Of a stretch of DNA of 64,000 nt, positions 28,195 to 38,909 are shown one piece after another. This DNA is from Desulfatiglandales bacterium (GTDB lineage Bacteria; Desulfobacterota; DSM-4660; Desulfatiglandales; Desulfatiglandaceae), in NCBI GenBank assembly GCA_963662465.1, contig OY759599.1, positions 6,816,001 to 6,880,000 on the forward strand, in the 5' to 3' direction. The notes under the pieces are model-generated. The model was not told the DNA's origin and ran no database searches. It saw nothing but the letters and a program-made list of their open reading frames with translations. Both the position numbers and the translations under genes were made by a program. Positions within the stretch are counted from its first letter, which is position 1, and the number at the start of each line of letters is the position of its first letter.

Positions 28195-28215
28195 ACGAAC
28201 CAGTTATTATACGGT
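28195..28215 (-). other. Putative attI core
   Basis: Minus strand ATAATAACTG-GTTCGT|A; core GTTCG complements the attC1 R'' CGAAC; lies between intI and cassette 1. Confidence 0.6.
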
Positions 28216-28349
28216 TTTTTTTGTCATCAAATATCCGTTTCCGCATGTTATCCGACAAAATCGAACCAATCTCCCACTGGAATCTATATTCTGTAAATTA
28301 TTCGATGGAAAAATGCAAGGGCAATGTTTTTATTCTCTGTAAAATATTT

Positions 28350-28571
28350 AATTAGCAATTCTTATTAGAGATGTGGCTTTCGCTCTCGTTCATACGTTCT
28401 AATGTGGGAATAGTTTTGGGACGCTCCGCGTCCTGCGGCAAACTCGAAAAACACTTGTTTAAATTGGGGATATTCATGATTTAGGACGCAGATCGTCCAG
28501 AAGCGGGTTCCAACATAGGGCGTGTAAAGCAGGATGAGGAGATCGTAATTCCAAAATGAGAATTGCTAATT
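28350..28571. mobile_element. MITE-like element between attI and intI
   Basis: 13-bp inverted repeats AATTAGCAATTCT / AGAATTGCTAATT; no 9-bp target duplication. Confidence 0.5.
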
Positions 28572-30186
28572 TCCGGTTTTTTCAGAGGCTCATTATGATT
28601 TGCCGGTTGAAAGCCGGCATGAAATTATTATTGACAAAGATAAATGGCATGGCGTATGCATTCCGTATATTGTGCGTATTTGTAATATTGAACATCCAAT
28701 AGGAGGGCATATCATGATTCCAGTTCCGCCAGACATCATAGCGCGTTTTCAGCATTTTCTGGATCGGAAACCCGTTCAAAAGCGATTTCAGGCATATTAC
28801 AAAAAATGGCTTCGATTTTACTGGGATTTTTGCCAAAAATATCATCATCCGGTCTCAAAATATGAAAGCCTCAGTCATTTTATCGAAAAACTCCATCAGA
28901 AAAAACAGAAAGATTATCAAATCAAACAAGCCTCGGATGCCGTTTCTTTGTATTATGAAATCGTCAAAGACAGGCCCTCGGTTGCCGAACATGTGACAAT
29001 TCGAAAGAATGCTTCCGTCAAAAAGGCCGAGATCTTTCCAGATAACGATACAAGTGTTTTTGTCGCGCCCGCCGAGAAACGTTCAAATGCCGTTCAAGCC
29101 GGGCCTGTGGACGTCCCGCTCTCCCGGACGGGTTGTTGGGTTTCGGGGAACAAAAATTCGCCGGAGGCGATATCAAAAACTACCTGTCAAGAGGCGGATC
29201 GAAAACCTTCCGGGTTTTTTGACAAAACTGTTTGCAATAAACGGCAAACATCGGATCAACCGGTTGAAATCGGCACAAGCTGGAAATTCGCCTTTGATGG
29301 CCTCCGTGATGAGATCATGGTTCGGCAGTATTCTCCCAAGACATTGAAGAGCTATTCAATGTGGGTCCGCAAGTTTCAGGCCTTCACCAAATCCAAAACG
29401 TTGGCATCGGTCACCGACGAAGATTACAAAGCCTTTTTGACATTTCTGGCTGTGAAAAGAAAGGTGTCCGCTTCAACTCAGAATCAAGCATTCAATGCCT
29501 TGTTGTTCTTTTTCCGTCATGTTATGAAACGGGAACCTGGCGACATAAAGAACGTTGTCAGAGCAAAGCAGAAACCGTATAGGCCGGTGGTGTTGTCGAG
29601 GCGGGAAATTGATCTGGTTTTGACGCATCTTTCCCATCCATATGACCTCATCGTGAAATTGCTCTACGGTTGCGGATTACGATTGTTTGAATGTCTCAAC
29701 CTTCGCCTTAGTGATTTCGACCTCGAGGGTTGTATGTTGACCGTACATGACGGCAAAGGAAAAAAAGACCGCTCCATTCCTTTGCCGGAAACGGTCATAC
29801 CGGAAATCCGTAACCAATTCGATGTGGTCGCCGATTTGCATGAAAAGGATTTGAATGCCGGGTACGCCGGCGCCTTCTTAAAGGGGCGGTTGGATAAAAA
29901 GTATAAAAATGCGGCCAAAGAATTGGCTTGGCAATGGGTTTTCCCCGGCCTTTCTCTTACCACCGTTAATTCTACTTTGTCATTCTCCATTTGAGGGTTA
30001 TTTTCAATATATGCTATTGATTTAATTTATATTTTTCTCTTGACATGGTCAGAATAACATGTTAGTTTCGACCCATGAAAAAACGAAATCAATGGGGCGT
30101 TGGTATGAGTACCAACAGCCCACCAGAACAATCGTAGTCTTGATAAAGGAGCGACCCATGCCAACAGCCCCCTCGGGGGCATAGAT

Positions 30187-31512
30187 GTGTATTTTGGTGA
30201 GTTCCACGATAGATATTCTCCGTTATTTCAAACACATAGCAGAGTAGCGGCAAGAAAGTCTCTTCAATATTTTAAAGGCTTGGTCCAAGCAAAGAAAAAG
30301 AACATGGAGCGGATGGCCGAGGCTGTTCCTTTTTCAGATGATCAAGCTCTTCAACATTTTTTGACAAATTCTCGGTGGGATGAACAACTGATTGTCGACC
30401 AAATTGCGGCAGACGCAAACAATCATATTGGGGGAAAACAAGACAGCTGTTTGATCATTGATGAAACGGGGTTCCCCAAGAAAGGAGATAAGTCGGTTGG
30501 GGTTAAAAGGCAGTGGTGTGGGCAACTTGGGAAGGTAGACAATTGTCAGGTAGGCGTTTTTTCAGCGCTTGGGTGCAGGGAACACGCTACTCCTGTTGGC
30601 TTCAAATTGTACCTTCCGGAAGACTGGACTGATGATAAGGAAAGATGTAAAGCTGCTGGTATTCCAGATGAATCCATTGTTTTTTACAGCAAGCATGACC
30701 TTGCTTTCCAGCTGGTCCTTGAGGCCCGGAAACAGGGCATTCAATTCGGCTGGGTCGGTGCAGATGGTTTCTACGGGGAAAGCCCTGCCTTTTTACGGTC
30801 TTTGGATCAAATCAATGAAACCTTCATGATTGACGTTCATAAGAATCAACGTATTTATCTCGAAAACCCGGAGCCGGTAGTTCCACAGAGAAGATCAAAT
30901 AAAGGTCCAGAGCCGAAAAAGGCAAAAGCCCAAACAGAACCTGTCAGGGTCGATAAGTGGTCAGAACAACAGCCGGAAGATGCTTGGCAGAGAACGAATG
31001 TAAGAGACACGACCAAGGGAAAGCTTCAGGTCGACGTTCTGCATAGACGTGTATGGCTTTGGGACGGGGAGGAACTGGAGGCACATTGTTGGCACCTGAT
31101 TGTTCGGAGGGAGGTTGCTGGAAATAAAGTAAAATTTACTTTGAGCAATGCTCCAGAGAACACTTCGCTGGAACGTTTGATATTTATGCAGGCACAGCGC
31201 TACTGGATAGAGCGTTCATTTCAAGACGCAAAGGTTGAATGTGGTTTAGGGGAGTACCAGGTGCGAAAGTGGCGGAGTTGGCATCACCACATGGCAATGG
31301 TCATGATGGCAATGCTATTTTTATTAGAGCAACGCCTTTTATATAAAAGGGATATCCCCTTATTGAGTTGTTTTGACATTGTTTGCATTCTTTCATTTCT
31401 TTTACCCCAAAGAGCCTTCACAACGGATGAAGTTTTTCGGCAAATGGAAATTCGCCACAAAAAGCGTCAATCTGCAATTGACTCAGCATATCGTAAACAG
31501 CTCGCAGAATAA
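30187..31512 (+). CDS. IS701-family transposase
   Basis: IIDETGFPKKG..SVGVKRQWCGQLGKVDNCQ, ADGFYG, RYWIERSFQDAK. Confidence 0.93.
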   Translation: MYFGEFHDRYSPLFQTHSRVAARKSLQYFKGLVQAKKKNMERMAEAVPFSDDQALQHFLTNSRWDEQLIVDQIAADANNHIGGKQDSCLIIDETGFPKKGDKSVGVKRQWCGQLGKVDNCQVGVFSALGCREHATPVGFKLYLPEDWTDDKERCKAAGIPDESIVFYSKHDLAFQLVLEARKQGIQFGWVGADGFYGESPAFLRSLDQINETFMIDVHKNQRIYLENPEPVVPQRRSNKGPEPKKAKAQTEPVRVDKWSEQQPEDAWQRTNVRDTTKGKLQVDVLHRRVWLWDGEELEAHCWHLIVRREVAGNKVKFTLSNAPENTSLERLIFMQAQRYWIERSFQDAKVECGLGEYQVRKWRSWHHHMAMVMMAMLFLLEQRLLYKRDIPLLSCFDIVCILSFLLPQRAFTTDEVFRQMEIRHKKRQSAIDSAYRKQLAE

Positions 31513-31535
31513 GCGGAAGGTTGGTTGTGGGAAAG

Positions 31536-31890
31536 CAGCAATTCTAATTACGGCTTTTGAGTTAAGCCGCAGTTTGTTTTTTTTGTTGCCATTCACGGGT
31601 AGCGAATTCACCTTATTCCCAGATTCTGTTCAGGAATAAGGGAAAAAACATTAGGCGCTGGATGTTATTGTAGGGGCAAGCCCCTGTGCCTGCCCTGCTG
31701 ATGCTGTCCAAACGCCTTAATAGAGGACAAGCAGGGTAACCACGGGGGGATTGCCCCTACGGCACGACATAAAACTGGATGTGTAATGAGATGTGTTTGT
31801 GGGAGCAACTTTCAGAACTACGAGAAATTGTGGAGGAATGCCGTCTGTACTGCGTTTTGCGATTAAACGACATCATAATGAGAATTGCTG
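31536..31890. mobile_element. 355-bp MITE inside the IS701 element
   Basis: Inverted repeats CAGCAATTCT / AGAATTGCTG; 9-bp target duplication GTGGGAAAG at 31527-31535 and 31891-31899. Confidence 0.88.
31670..31760. repeat. Inverted REP-like pair (REPIN-like) inside the MITE
   Basis: GTAGGGGCAAGCCCCTGTG ... CACGGGGGGATTGCCCCTAC. Confidence 0.7.
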
Positions 31891-32868
31891 GTGGGAAAGT
31901 GACAAAGTAGAATTAAGAACACAGGAGAAAAAAAAAGATATCACATCCATGAAAGTCATGTGCAACGAGCCATCAGGGATACCGTACGAAAGACAAAACT
32001 GTACAAACGCGTCACCGCGCATACTTTTCGCCACAGTTTTGCGACCCATCTGTTGCAGGCTAACTACGACATCCGAACGATCCAAGACCTCTTGGGGCAT
32101 AGCGATGTTCGGACAACGATGATCTATACGCACGTCATCAAAAGCATGCCGGCAAAAGAGATTAGAAGCCCGCTCGATTTTGATCCGGAAAACTCCTGAT
32201 TCTTGCTATCTCCGGCCACGCAATCGGGTAGAGTCGTTGAATTTCATGGCGCCAAATTCCACCTTGGACGAACTGGCGCCGACACTTTGGACATTGGATC
32301 ACCTAATTCTTGCACCGATCCAGTGGTCGCACAAATTTTTTGAATTACTGTGCCATTTATGTACCTTCGGTCAGTTTTACAGCTTCCAGGTCCGCATATT
32401 ACTTGCCATACTCAATGCACAGGTCGAACCGATACTTAGTATCTGCTGAATTTCTCAATTTGCTTTATTTTCAGAGCATTACAAATTAATTAAGGCATTT
32501 GAAGTAACCTGAAATTGCAATTTTGCCATGAAAAAGATAAAAATCACGAGGGCAGGAATCCATTTAAACGCTTTAAATATAGGAAAAAATAGAAATCCAG
32601 CAGATACTACTTAGTTCACTACCAGAGGTGGTGGTTTATGTCATTTAATCAAAAACTAATGGATGACGTTTATTCGGCCATGCAGCTTGGACAGATAGCC
32701 CAGAAGCCACCCTCAGGTGCGGCTTCAATGATCGGCGTGAATTCTGCCTATCTCAAAAGCCATAATTAGAATTGCTGAAGGAACCTTGATGGACTCCGGT
32801 CCTTTTATTAGACTGAACTCAATCAGCGAAGATGTCGCTTTGTGATAATTTTATGAGGATATTTTTTT

Positions 32869-33648
32869 ATGCCCTACGAAACCATAGAATATGCGATTGT
32901 TGAACCTGGCATCGGGGTGTTATCCCTGAACCGACCGCGCAAGTACAATGCCGTGAGCATTCAGATGATGGAAGAGCTGGAGGCTTTTTGGAAGGAGCAT
33001 CTTTATGATCTTGAAACCCATGTGATTGTGTTGAAGGGCAACGGCGACCGGGGGTTCTGTGCGGGCTTGGACATGAAAGAAACCATGAAGACGGCGCCAA
33101 ACATGTCGCCGGACCAGTTTTACCGGTTTCAGGCACGCCTGGCCCGGCTTAACCTGGCCATGCGGCAGGCTCCTCAACCCATTGTGGCGGCGGTTCACGG
33201 CGCGGCGGCGGGCCTGGGGTTCAGTTTTGCCCTGGCCTCGGATTTAAGGGTGATTACCCCCGATGCACGGTTTTCTGCCGCCTATATCAACATCGGCCTG
33301 GGTGGTGCGGACATGGCCTGCAGCTATTTTCTGCCCCGCTTGATCGGTGCGGGGAGGGCCTATGAGTTCATGCTTACGGGCAATTTCATGTCATCTGATG
33401 AGGCCATGGCCCTGGGGCTTTGCAGCCGCTTGGTGGAACCTGATCAGCTCGTGGATGCCGCGATGGCGTTGGCGCGAACCATGAACGGAAAGAATCCCAT
33501 GGGGTTGCGGCTTACCAAGGAGGCCATCAATGTGAATCTGGATGCGGGGGGCCTGGAGCAGGCGTTGCAGGTGGAGGACCGAAACCAAACACTCCTTTTG
33601 CTGCGCGGCATGGTGGGCAAGGGGGATAAATCGAGCCGGTATTTTTGA
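32869..33648 (+). CDS. Enoyl-CoA hydratase/isomerase family protein
   Basis: LNRPRKYNA, FCAGLD, AAVHGAAAGLG. Confidence 0.92.
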   Translation: MPYETIEYAIVEPGIGVLSLNRPRKYNAVSIQMMEELEAFWKEHLYDLETHVIVLKGNGDRGFCAGLDMKETMKTAPNMSPDQFYRFQARLARLNLAMRQAPQPIVAAVHGAAAGLGFSFALASDLRVITPDARFSAAYINIGLGGADMACSYFLPRLIGAGRAYEFMLTGNFMSSDEAMALGLCSRLVEPDQLVDAAMALARTMNGKNPMGLRLTKEAINVNLDAGGLEQALQVEDRNQTLLLLRGMVGKGDKSSRYF

Positions 33649-33863
33649 TGGATTATGGAAAAGAAAATCAACGATAATAAAAAAATCGGATGGGTCAGCC
33701 GGTTTCTGGCATGGATCGCCAAGGGGCAGAGTAGATCGTCCGGCCAATTGTGCGGTCGGTGAGGCGTTTCATCCACCCCTCGTGCCGGCGGCATGAAAAA
33801 AACAGTTCGTAAGTCTTAGCAAAGGGCGCTTAAAAAGTTGAACAAATAGGGGAAAATAACTGC

Positions 33864-33930
33864 TAAGAACCACATTCACACAGGCACCCGGCAAAAAGCT
33901 GCTGGATGCTGGTGATGCGGGGTGTTATGC
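33864..33930 (+). other. Degenerate orphan attC-like site
   Basis: AAC...TTCAC...GGTGATGC...GTTATGC immediately before a TA pair. Confidence 0.5.
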
Positions 33931-33955
33931 CAAAAGACACCAGGAGGAAAATGGC

Positions 33956-34141
33956 ATGTCTGCAATCAAAGAGAAAATGATAGAAATGATACAGGGCCAA
34001 CCTGAAGATTCTTCATATGCTGAAATTCTTAGAGAGTTGGCGTTTGAAAAAATGATTGATCGTGGTCTAAAGGACTCTCGAGAAGGCAGAACCGTATCTA
34101 ATGAAGAAATGAAGGCAAAGATAGGCCAATGGCAACAATAA
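33956..34141 (+). CDS. Putative antitoxin
   Basis: Small protein, IDRGLKDSREGRTVSNEE; overlaps the toxin gene. Confidence 0.8.
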   Translation: MSAIKEKMIEMIQGQPEDSSYAEILRELAFEKMIDRGLKDSREGRTVSNEEMKAKIGQWQQ

Positions 34142-34419
34142 GATGGACTGAAGAGGCTGTCAATTGGCTTCAAGATATTTATAATTACATCGCTGAAGAT
34201 AGTCATGCTGCTGCCCAAAAGGTGGTTGACGGAATATACGATAAAGCGCAGATATTGAAGGTTTTTCCGAACATTGGTTACAAATATAGAGATGAACCGG
34301 AAGGTGAAATTCGAATTCTTCTGTATGGCCATTATAGGATAGCCTATATTATCAAGCAAAATATTGTGGAAATACTTGGCGTATTTCATGGTGCAATGAA
34401 GCTTGAAAATCACATATAG
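34129..34419 (+). CDS. RelE/ParE-family toxin
   Basis: IRWTEEA..LQDIYNYIAED...FPNIG...YRIAY...ILGVFHG. Confidence 0.9.
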   Translation: MATIRWTEEAVNWLQDIYNYIAEDSHAAAQKVVDGIYDKAQILKVFPNIGYKYRDEPEGEIRILLYGHYRIAYIIKQNIVEILGVFHGAMKLENHI

Positions 34420-34550
34420 TGCCTTATTCCATGGTTTTCTGTCACAAAAAACAAGAAAACCTTTGCGTCTTTGCGTCTCTGCGCGAGAAAATTTGGTTGC
34501 GGCTTGCCGCGTTAGTTATAATTGCGATAACATTGCCGCTGCAGCAGATT

Positions 34551-35912
34551 TCAACGGAGTTTCTCAATCTCCCCCTGAACAATATTGATGTGAGACGTCA
34601 ACTTGGGTGCAAGGGGGGACTCGGGATAATCCTCAAGAAGGGTTTTAAGGATTTTGTAAGAGGTCTCAAGCAGTTCTCTTTTTTTCTTCGGATCATTGGT
34701 TTTTTTGGCCTCCAGAAAAAGTTCCGCGGCCCGGTTTCTTTCAAGGTTGATGAGGCTTTCAATAGCTCGGTTCTTGAGGTTGGTTGAGGCGACATCCGAA
34801 ACTCCGGTTCTTTCCATTTCCCGCAGCCTGTCGACGACCCCTTTGTAGTCTTCCTTCTCGTATAATCTGATGGCGGCCTCATAGGTCTGTTTCAGATAAT
34901 CCTCTTTGACCTTGACGTTTTCTTCATATGCGGTTTCCATTTCCTCTATATTTTTTAACGCCCTGTCAATGATTTCGGTTTCAGGCCCTTCTTCCTTTTC
35001 GGTCTTCTCTTTTAACAGCAGACGTTTCGCTTCGGAAAATTCATGGTTTTGGACCAGCGTATCGACTTTTTCCTGTAGCGGCGCTATTTGGGGGGGTGCA
35101 TTCTGGTCGGCGGCGGCTTCCGGGGGCTGAAAAACAGAAATAAAGCCTGGTTGATCCGGTTCGGGCACACGGTCGATTCGATTTTTGAGATCAAAGGCCA
35201 GGGCCGCTCGGTTATCCTGGGTGTGGGTAATCTTTTCAAGTGTGTTGACGGCCAGGGTCTTTTGCCCCAGCGCCAGCTGCCATCGGGCAATCTCCCCTCG
35301 AAGCTGCACTACATCGGGGGTGTGTTCAAGCCCTTCGGCAGCCTTCGATCCGATCTCGATGGCTTCTTCCAACATGCCGTCTTTGGCCAGGGATAGGGCG
35401 AACACGATGGCTATTTCAGGGGTGAGTGCTTCCGGAAAGTTTGTTTCCAATGCCAGGCACCGATGAATGACGCCCTTATAATTTCCACTCCGATAGCGAT
35501 TCAGAATTTCATTTCTTTCCCGTATGAAAACAGCGAGAGGATTTTCATCATCCGTTGCCTTATTTATGGTTTCAAAGTATGTTTTTTCCATGAGCGACAT
35601 GGCGTTAAAAAGGGAATGGGTCAGGGTTTTACAGGTTTTGTTCGTTATGGGGGCGCCGGCGGTTTTTTTGAGTAAACGGTAAGCGTCCAGAAGGGCTAAA
35701 GCCGTTGTTCTGGTACTATCGGACAGGTTGTCGGTTTTTGAAAATTCTTCAAGAAACTGGATCCGTTTTTCCACTTGCGACACAGGGATTGTGAGCCTTG
35801 TGCCCTCTTTTTCAGTGGGTGTATGAACAACCGGCGGTTGTTTGGGTGCGACGCCTGCGCATCCGGCGGTGCAGATCAATGTCAACGATAGAAAAATGAG
35901 TGTTTTTTTCAT
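34551..35912 (-). CDS. TPR-like lipoprotein
   Basis: Lipobox TAGC; helical repeats; LLEDYPESPLA. Confidence 0.7.
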   Translation of the reverse strand: MKKTLIFLSLTLICTAGCAGVAPKQPPVVHTPTEKEGTRLTIPVSQVEKRIQFLEEFSKTDNLSDSTRTTALALLDAYRLLKKTAGAPITNKTCKTLTHSLFNAMSLMEKTYFETINKATDDENPLAVFIRERNEILNRYRSGNYKGVIHRCLALETNFPEALTPEIAIVFALSLAKDGMLEEAIEIGSKAAEGLEHTPDVVQLRGEIARWQLALGQKTLAVNTLEKITHTQDNRAALAFDLKNRIDRVPEPDQPGFISVFQPPEAAADQNAPPQIAPLQEKVDTLVQNHEFSEAKRLLLKEKTEKEEGPETEIIDRALKNIEEMETAYEENVKVKEDYLKQTYEAAIRLYEKEDYKGVVDRLREMERTGVSDVASTNLKNRAIESLINLERNRAAELFLEAKKTNDPKKKRELLETSYKILKTLLEDYPESPLAPKLTSHINIVQGEIEKLR

Positions 35913-35923
35913 TTGGTTAGCCT

Positions 35924-38908
35924 TTATTGAGGTTCAAATTGTCTTTTGAGTTTCCAGGTGTTTTCACTTTTTGTTGCCTGGGTCAATACTTCCTGGTCCG
36001 TGGATGAATGAGGCGGCTTTTCGGCATTGTTCAGCGGAAGGCCGGTTGCCGGTGAAACGGGTATGGGATTCAGCCCCGGCAGGTCCTGGGTTGCGGGTCG
36101 CAGCAATGGGTTGAAGGCCAGGTCCGCGGGCTGAAGCAGGCATTTGAAAATTTCTGTTTTGACAATGGCTTCGGCCGTATCCATCCACAGGGGAAGGGCG
36201 CCGGAAGACCCGTAGAGGGCCATGTGAGGGCCTTTCATGGGCTGATTGTCGTCGTAGCCCACATAGCTGGCGATGGTGTAGCCGTTAGGAATGTCAAGCA
36301 GTCCGGTGACGCTGTCGGGCCCGGGAATGAGGCCCACAAAACTGGAGTTGGTGAATCGATTGGCCGTACCTGTTTTACCGAAAGAGGGTAGGGGAATGTC
36401 GAAGATGCGCACTGCTGTTCCGGCTTTTTTCCCGGTTCCCCGTTCCATGACTTTTCTGAGGATTTCGGAGATCAAAAGCGTTACCCTTTTTGAGAGTACC
36501 ACTTTCGGTTCGGGGACATATTCCCAAAGTGGTTTTCCTTCCCTGTCAACGATCTTGGTGATGATGGGGACCATGGCGGGTCCATTTGCGGAACCCAGCG
36601 AATAGGTTTTTCCGGTTAAAAGGGCTTCATAAGCCATTGCCCCCTCCATGATGCTGATGGCATTGGGTCCGAGGGGAAAGGAGAGCACCGGATCCAGCTG
36701 GGTGGAGATCCCAATTTTTTTGGATAGGTAGATGACAAAGGATATGTTCACCAGGGTTCGGAAATCTCTGATTTTGGAAAGGACTTCCAGGCTGTATTTT
36801 TCCTGGCCCATGAGTTTCCTGAACTGGTTTTGTGTATGGGTATCGAGTAATTCCAGAATGTCGGACGGCATCAGACCATCGATAACGCCTTGGCTGCTCG
36901 GTTGAAGGGCGCGGAGTCTTCTAAAATCGTATCGTAAAATGTGCCGGTCCTCATCGGTTACGGCTGAATTGGCCCCTGAAAGATCAAAATGGAGGCGCTT
37001 GACATCCTCCAGATTGTTTTCGTGGCCGGCAAAGATGATGTCTGTTTTCGCCTGTGTCTTGGCTTCTTCAAAAGCGGCCTCCATGAGCGCCGTCTCATCA
37101 ACGATGATGCCCCATTGATCCCTGATGCGCGTTTTATAGGCTTCATAGGTTTCATCCGGGCGTCTGCCAAGTCCCACAATATCCACCACCTGACGGAATT
37201 CGTTCATATTGAGCCGATCCGTGAGATGATAGAGCAACCATACGGTTGCCAGGTTTTCCGAATCAGCGCCGGCCCATGTCATCGATACCGTTTCGCTCTT
37301 GGGGGTATGGTCGGGCCGGGGGACATATACGGTGCCTTCAAATTGATAGACGTCCTGAATGTTTTTCAGAGGATCCAGGTTGTTCCATTTGAGCTGAAGT
37401 GCCGCGGCATAAACAATCGGTTTGAAGATGGAGCCCATTTGCCTTTTTGCATCGACGGCCCGGTTGAAGTGGATATTGGAAAAACCGCCTACCATGGCTT
37501 TGATCATGCCGCCATGAAGGGCCACAACGCTTCCTTCCAGCCCCGGAATCGCCGAGAGAACCAGCGTTTCCACTGTCTCTTTCCCCTGTGGCCCCTTGTT
37601 CATGGGGATGATTTGAACCGGCGCCAGGTCTCCGGTTTGAAATGTATTGAGAAGGGCCAAAACATGTTCCTTTTTGAAAGTTGCCCACGGGCCGGTTTTG
37701 CCTTTCAGCCAGGCTTCTCCAATGGGTTTGAGGCCTTCATATCCGATGAATCCCTCGCCGTTTTCCCATGTCACGCGAAGACCCGCATCTTTAAGCCCTT
37801 TCTCCACGGCGGTGACGCGGGCCAGGAACGGCAGGGCGCTGGAATCGTTTTTAATGCTCTCTTTAGGGGCATCTTTCCAGCGGGTTACGGTTTTTGAAGG
37901 GGCCAGGCCGCTCAATCCCATATCCATTTGCGGCAGATGCATCCGCAAACTCAAAAGGGCCGCATCCTGAATATCCTTGTCCACGGAAGTATAGATGCCG
38001 ATGCCGGATGTGGCAATGTTTTCCACCCCCTGCTCTTGAAGGATGTTCTTAAAATAGTCGGATTCCAGCTGATTTCGAATGTAATCCAGAATGACGTTCA
38101 ACCGATAGGTGATCCGTCCTTCCTTGAATGGGACGGGCTTTTCCTTTGCGGCCGCGCATTCGCCGTCGCTGATGTAATTTTGCGCCAGCATTTTGTCTAG
38201 CACATAGTCCTTGCGCGCCTTGGCCGCGCGTTCTGCCGCCTCTTTTTCGGTTTGGCTTTTTCGGATAAACGGATTGTATTTATTGGGTCCCTTGACGGAC
38301 CCCACGATAAAGGCGGCTTCAACCAGATCAAGATTGCGGGCGTCTTTGTCGAAAAAATATTGGGCCGCGATTTTAAGCCCCTTGCCATAACCGTTTACAA
38401 AAAACTGGTTGGCGTACATCTCCAGGATTTCTTCCTTGGAATATTGCCTTTCCAGGAGAAAGGCCTGAAACATTTCCCTGAATTTGGCCTGGTATGACCT
38501 TTTTTCCCGTTTGAAAACGTTTTTAGCTGTTTGCTGGGTCAGGGTGCTGCCGCCCTGAACCACCCGACCCGATTTGAAGTTGGCCAGAAACGCTCTGACA
38601 ATGGCTTTGGGATCAAATCCTGAATGATGAAAAAAATTTTTGTCTTCGGCGGCGATGAGGGCTTTGATAAATATTTTTGGAATGTCGTTATAGTGGATAT
38701 ATTTGCTGTGGGTTTTTTCAAAAAAGACGCCGATGGGTGTTTGACCGTCCGAATAGTACACCGGGCTTTCGGAATTGATCACGCCATCGATGGCGCCCCG
38801 CTGGATTCGTTCGGAGGTTTCTTTGCTGATGTCGTAATAAGTGTACCCGAGAAAAGCGATGGGAACTAAAATCAACAGGCACAGCATCAACAATAATATG
38901 CGTTTCAT
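35924..38908 (-). CDS. Class A penicillin-binding protein (transglycosylase/transpeptidase)
   Basis: AAEDKNF, GGSTLTQQ, SIFK, GKTGT. Confidence 0.9.
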   Translation of the reverse strand: MKRILLLMLCLLILVPIAFLGYTYYDISKETSERIQRGAIDGVINSESPVYYSDGQTPIGVFFEKTHSKYIHYNDIPKIFIKALIAAEDKNFFHHSGFDPKAIVRAFLANFKSGRVVQGGSTLTQQTAKNVFKREKRSYQAKFREMFQAFLLERQYSKEEILEMYANQFFVNGYGKGLKIAAQYFFDKDARNLDLVEAAFIVGSVKGPNKYNPFIRKSQTEKEAAERAAKARKDYVLDKMLAQNYISDGECAAAKEKPVPFKEGRITYRLNVILDYIRNQLESDYFKNILQEQGVENIATSGIGIYTSVDKDIQDAALLSLRMHLPQMDMGLSGLAPSKTVTRWKDAPKESIKNDSSALPFLARVTAVEKGLKDAGLRVTWENGEGFIGYEGLKPIGEAWLKGKTGPWATFKKEHVLALLNTFQTGDLAPVQIIPMNKGPQGKETVETLVLSAIPGLEGSVVALHGGMIKAMVGGFSNIHFNRAVDAKRQMGSIFKPIVYAAALQLKWNNLDPLKNIQDVYQFEGTVYVPRPDHTPKSETVSMTWAGADSENLATVWLLYHLTDRLNMNEFRQVVDIVGLGRRPDETYEAYKTRIRDQWGIIVDETALMEAAFEEAKTQAKTDIIFAGHENNLEDVKRLHFDLSGANSAVTDEDRHILRYDFRRLRALQPSSQGVIDGLMPSDILELLDTHTQNQFRKLMGQEKYSLEVLSKIRDFRTLVNISFVIYLSKKIGISTQLDPVLSFPLGPNAISIMEGAMAYEALLTGKTYSLGSANGPAMVPIITKIVDREGKPLWEYVPEPKVVLSKRVTLLISEILRKVMERGTGKKAGTAVRIFDIPLPSFGKTGTANRFTNSSFVGLIPGPDSVTGLLDIPNGYTIASYVGYDDNQPMKGPHMALYGSSGALPLWMDTAEAIVKTEIFKCLLQPADLAFNPLLRPATQDLPGLNPIPVSPATGLPLNNAEKPPHSSTDQEVLTQATKSENTWKLKRQFEPQ

Positions 38909-38909
38909 T

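Larger units (their letters stand above)
29970..31912 (+). mobile_element. IS701-family element
   Basis: Inverted repeats TTCTACTTTGTCA / TGACAAAGTAGAA; TTAA duplicated at 29966-29969 and 31913-31916. Confidence 0.9.
28714..32199 (+). pseudogene. intI: Integron integrase (512 aa rejoined: 28714-29969 + 31917-32199), disrupted by an IS701-family element
   Basis: STQNQAFNAL, LLYGCGLR, GKGKKDR, IntI-specific insertion [38 protein letters not shown]. Confidence 0.95.

Noticed and set aside
32611..32640. Short motif resembling an IS200/IS605-type end; likewise the hairpin at 49115-49145
   Set aside because: No transposase or paired end nearby; too little evidence
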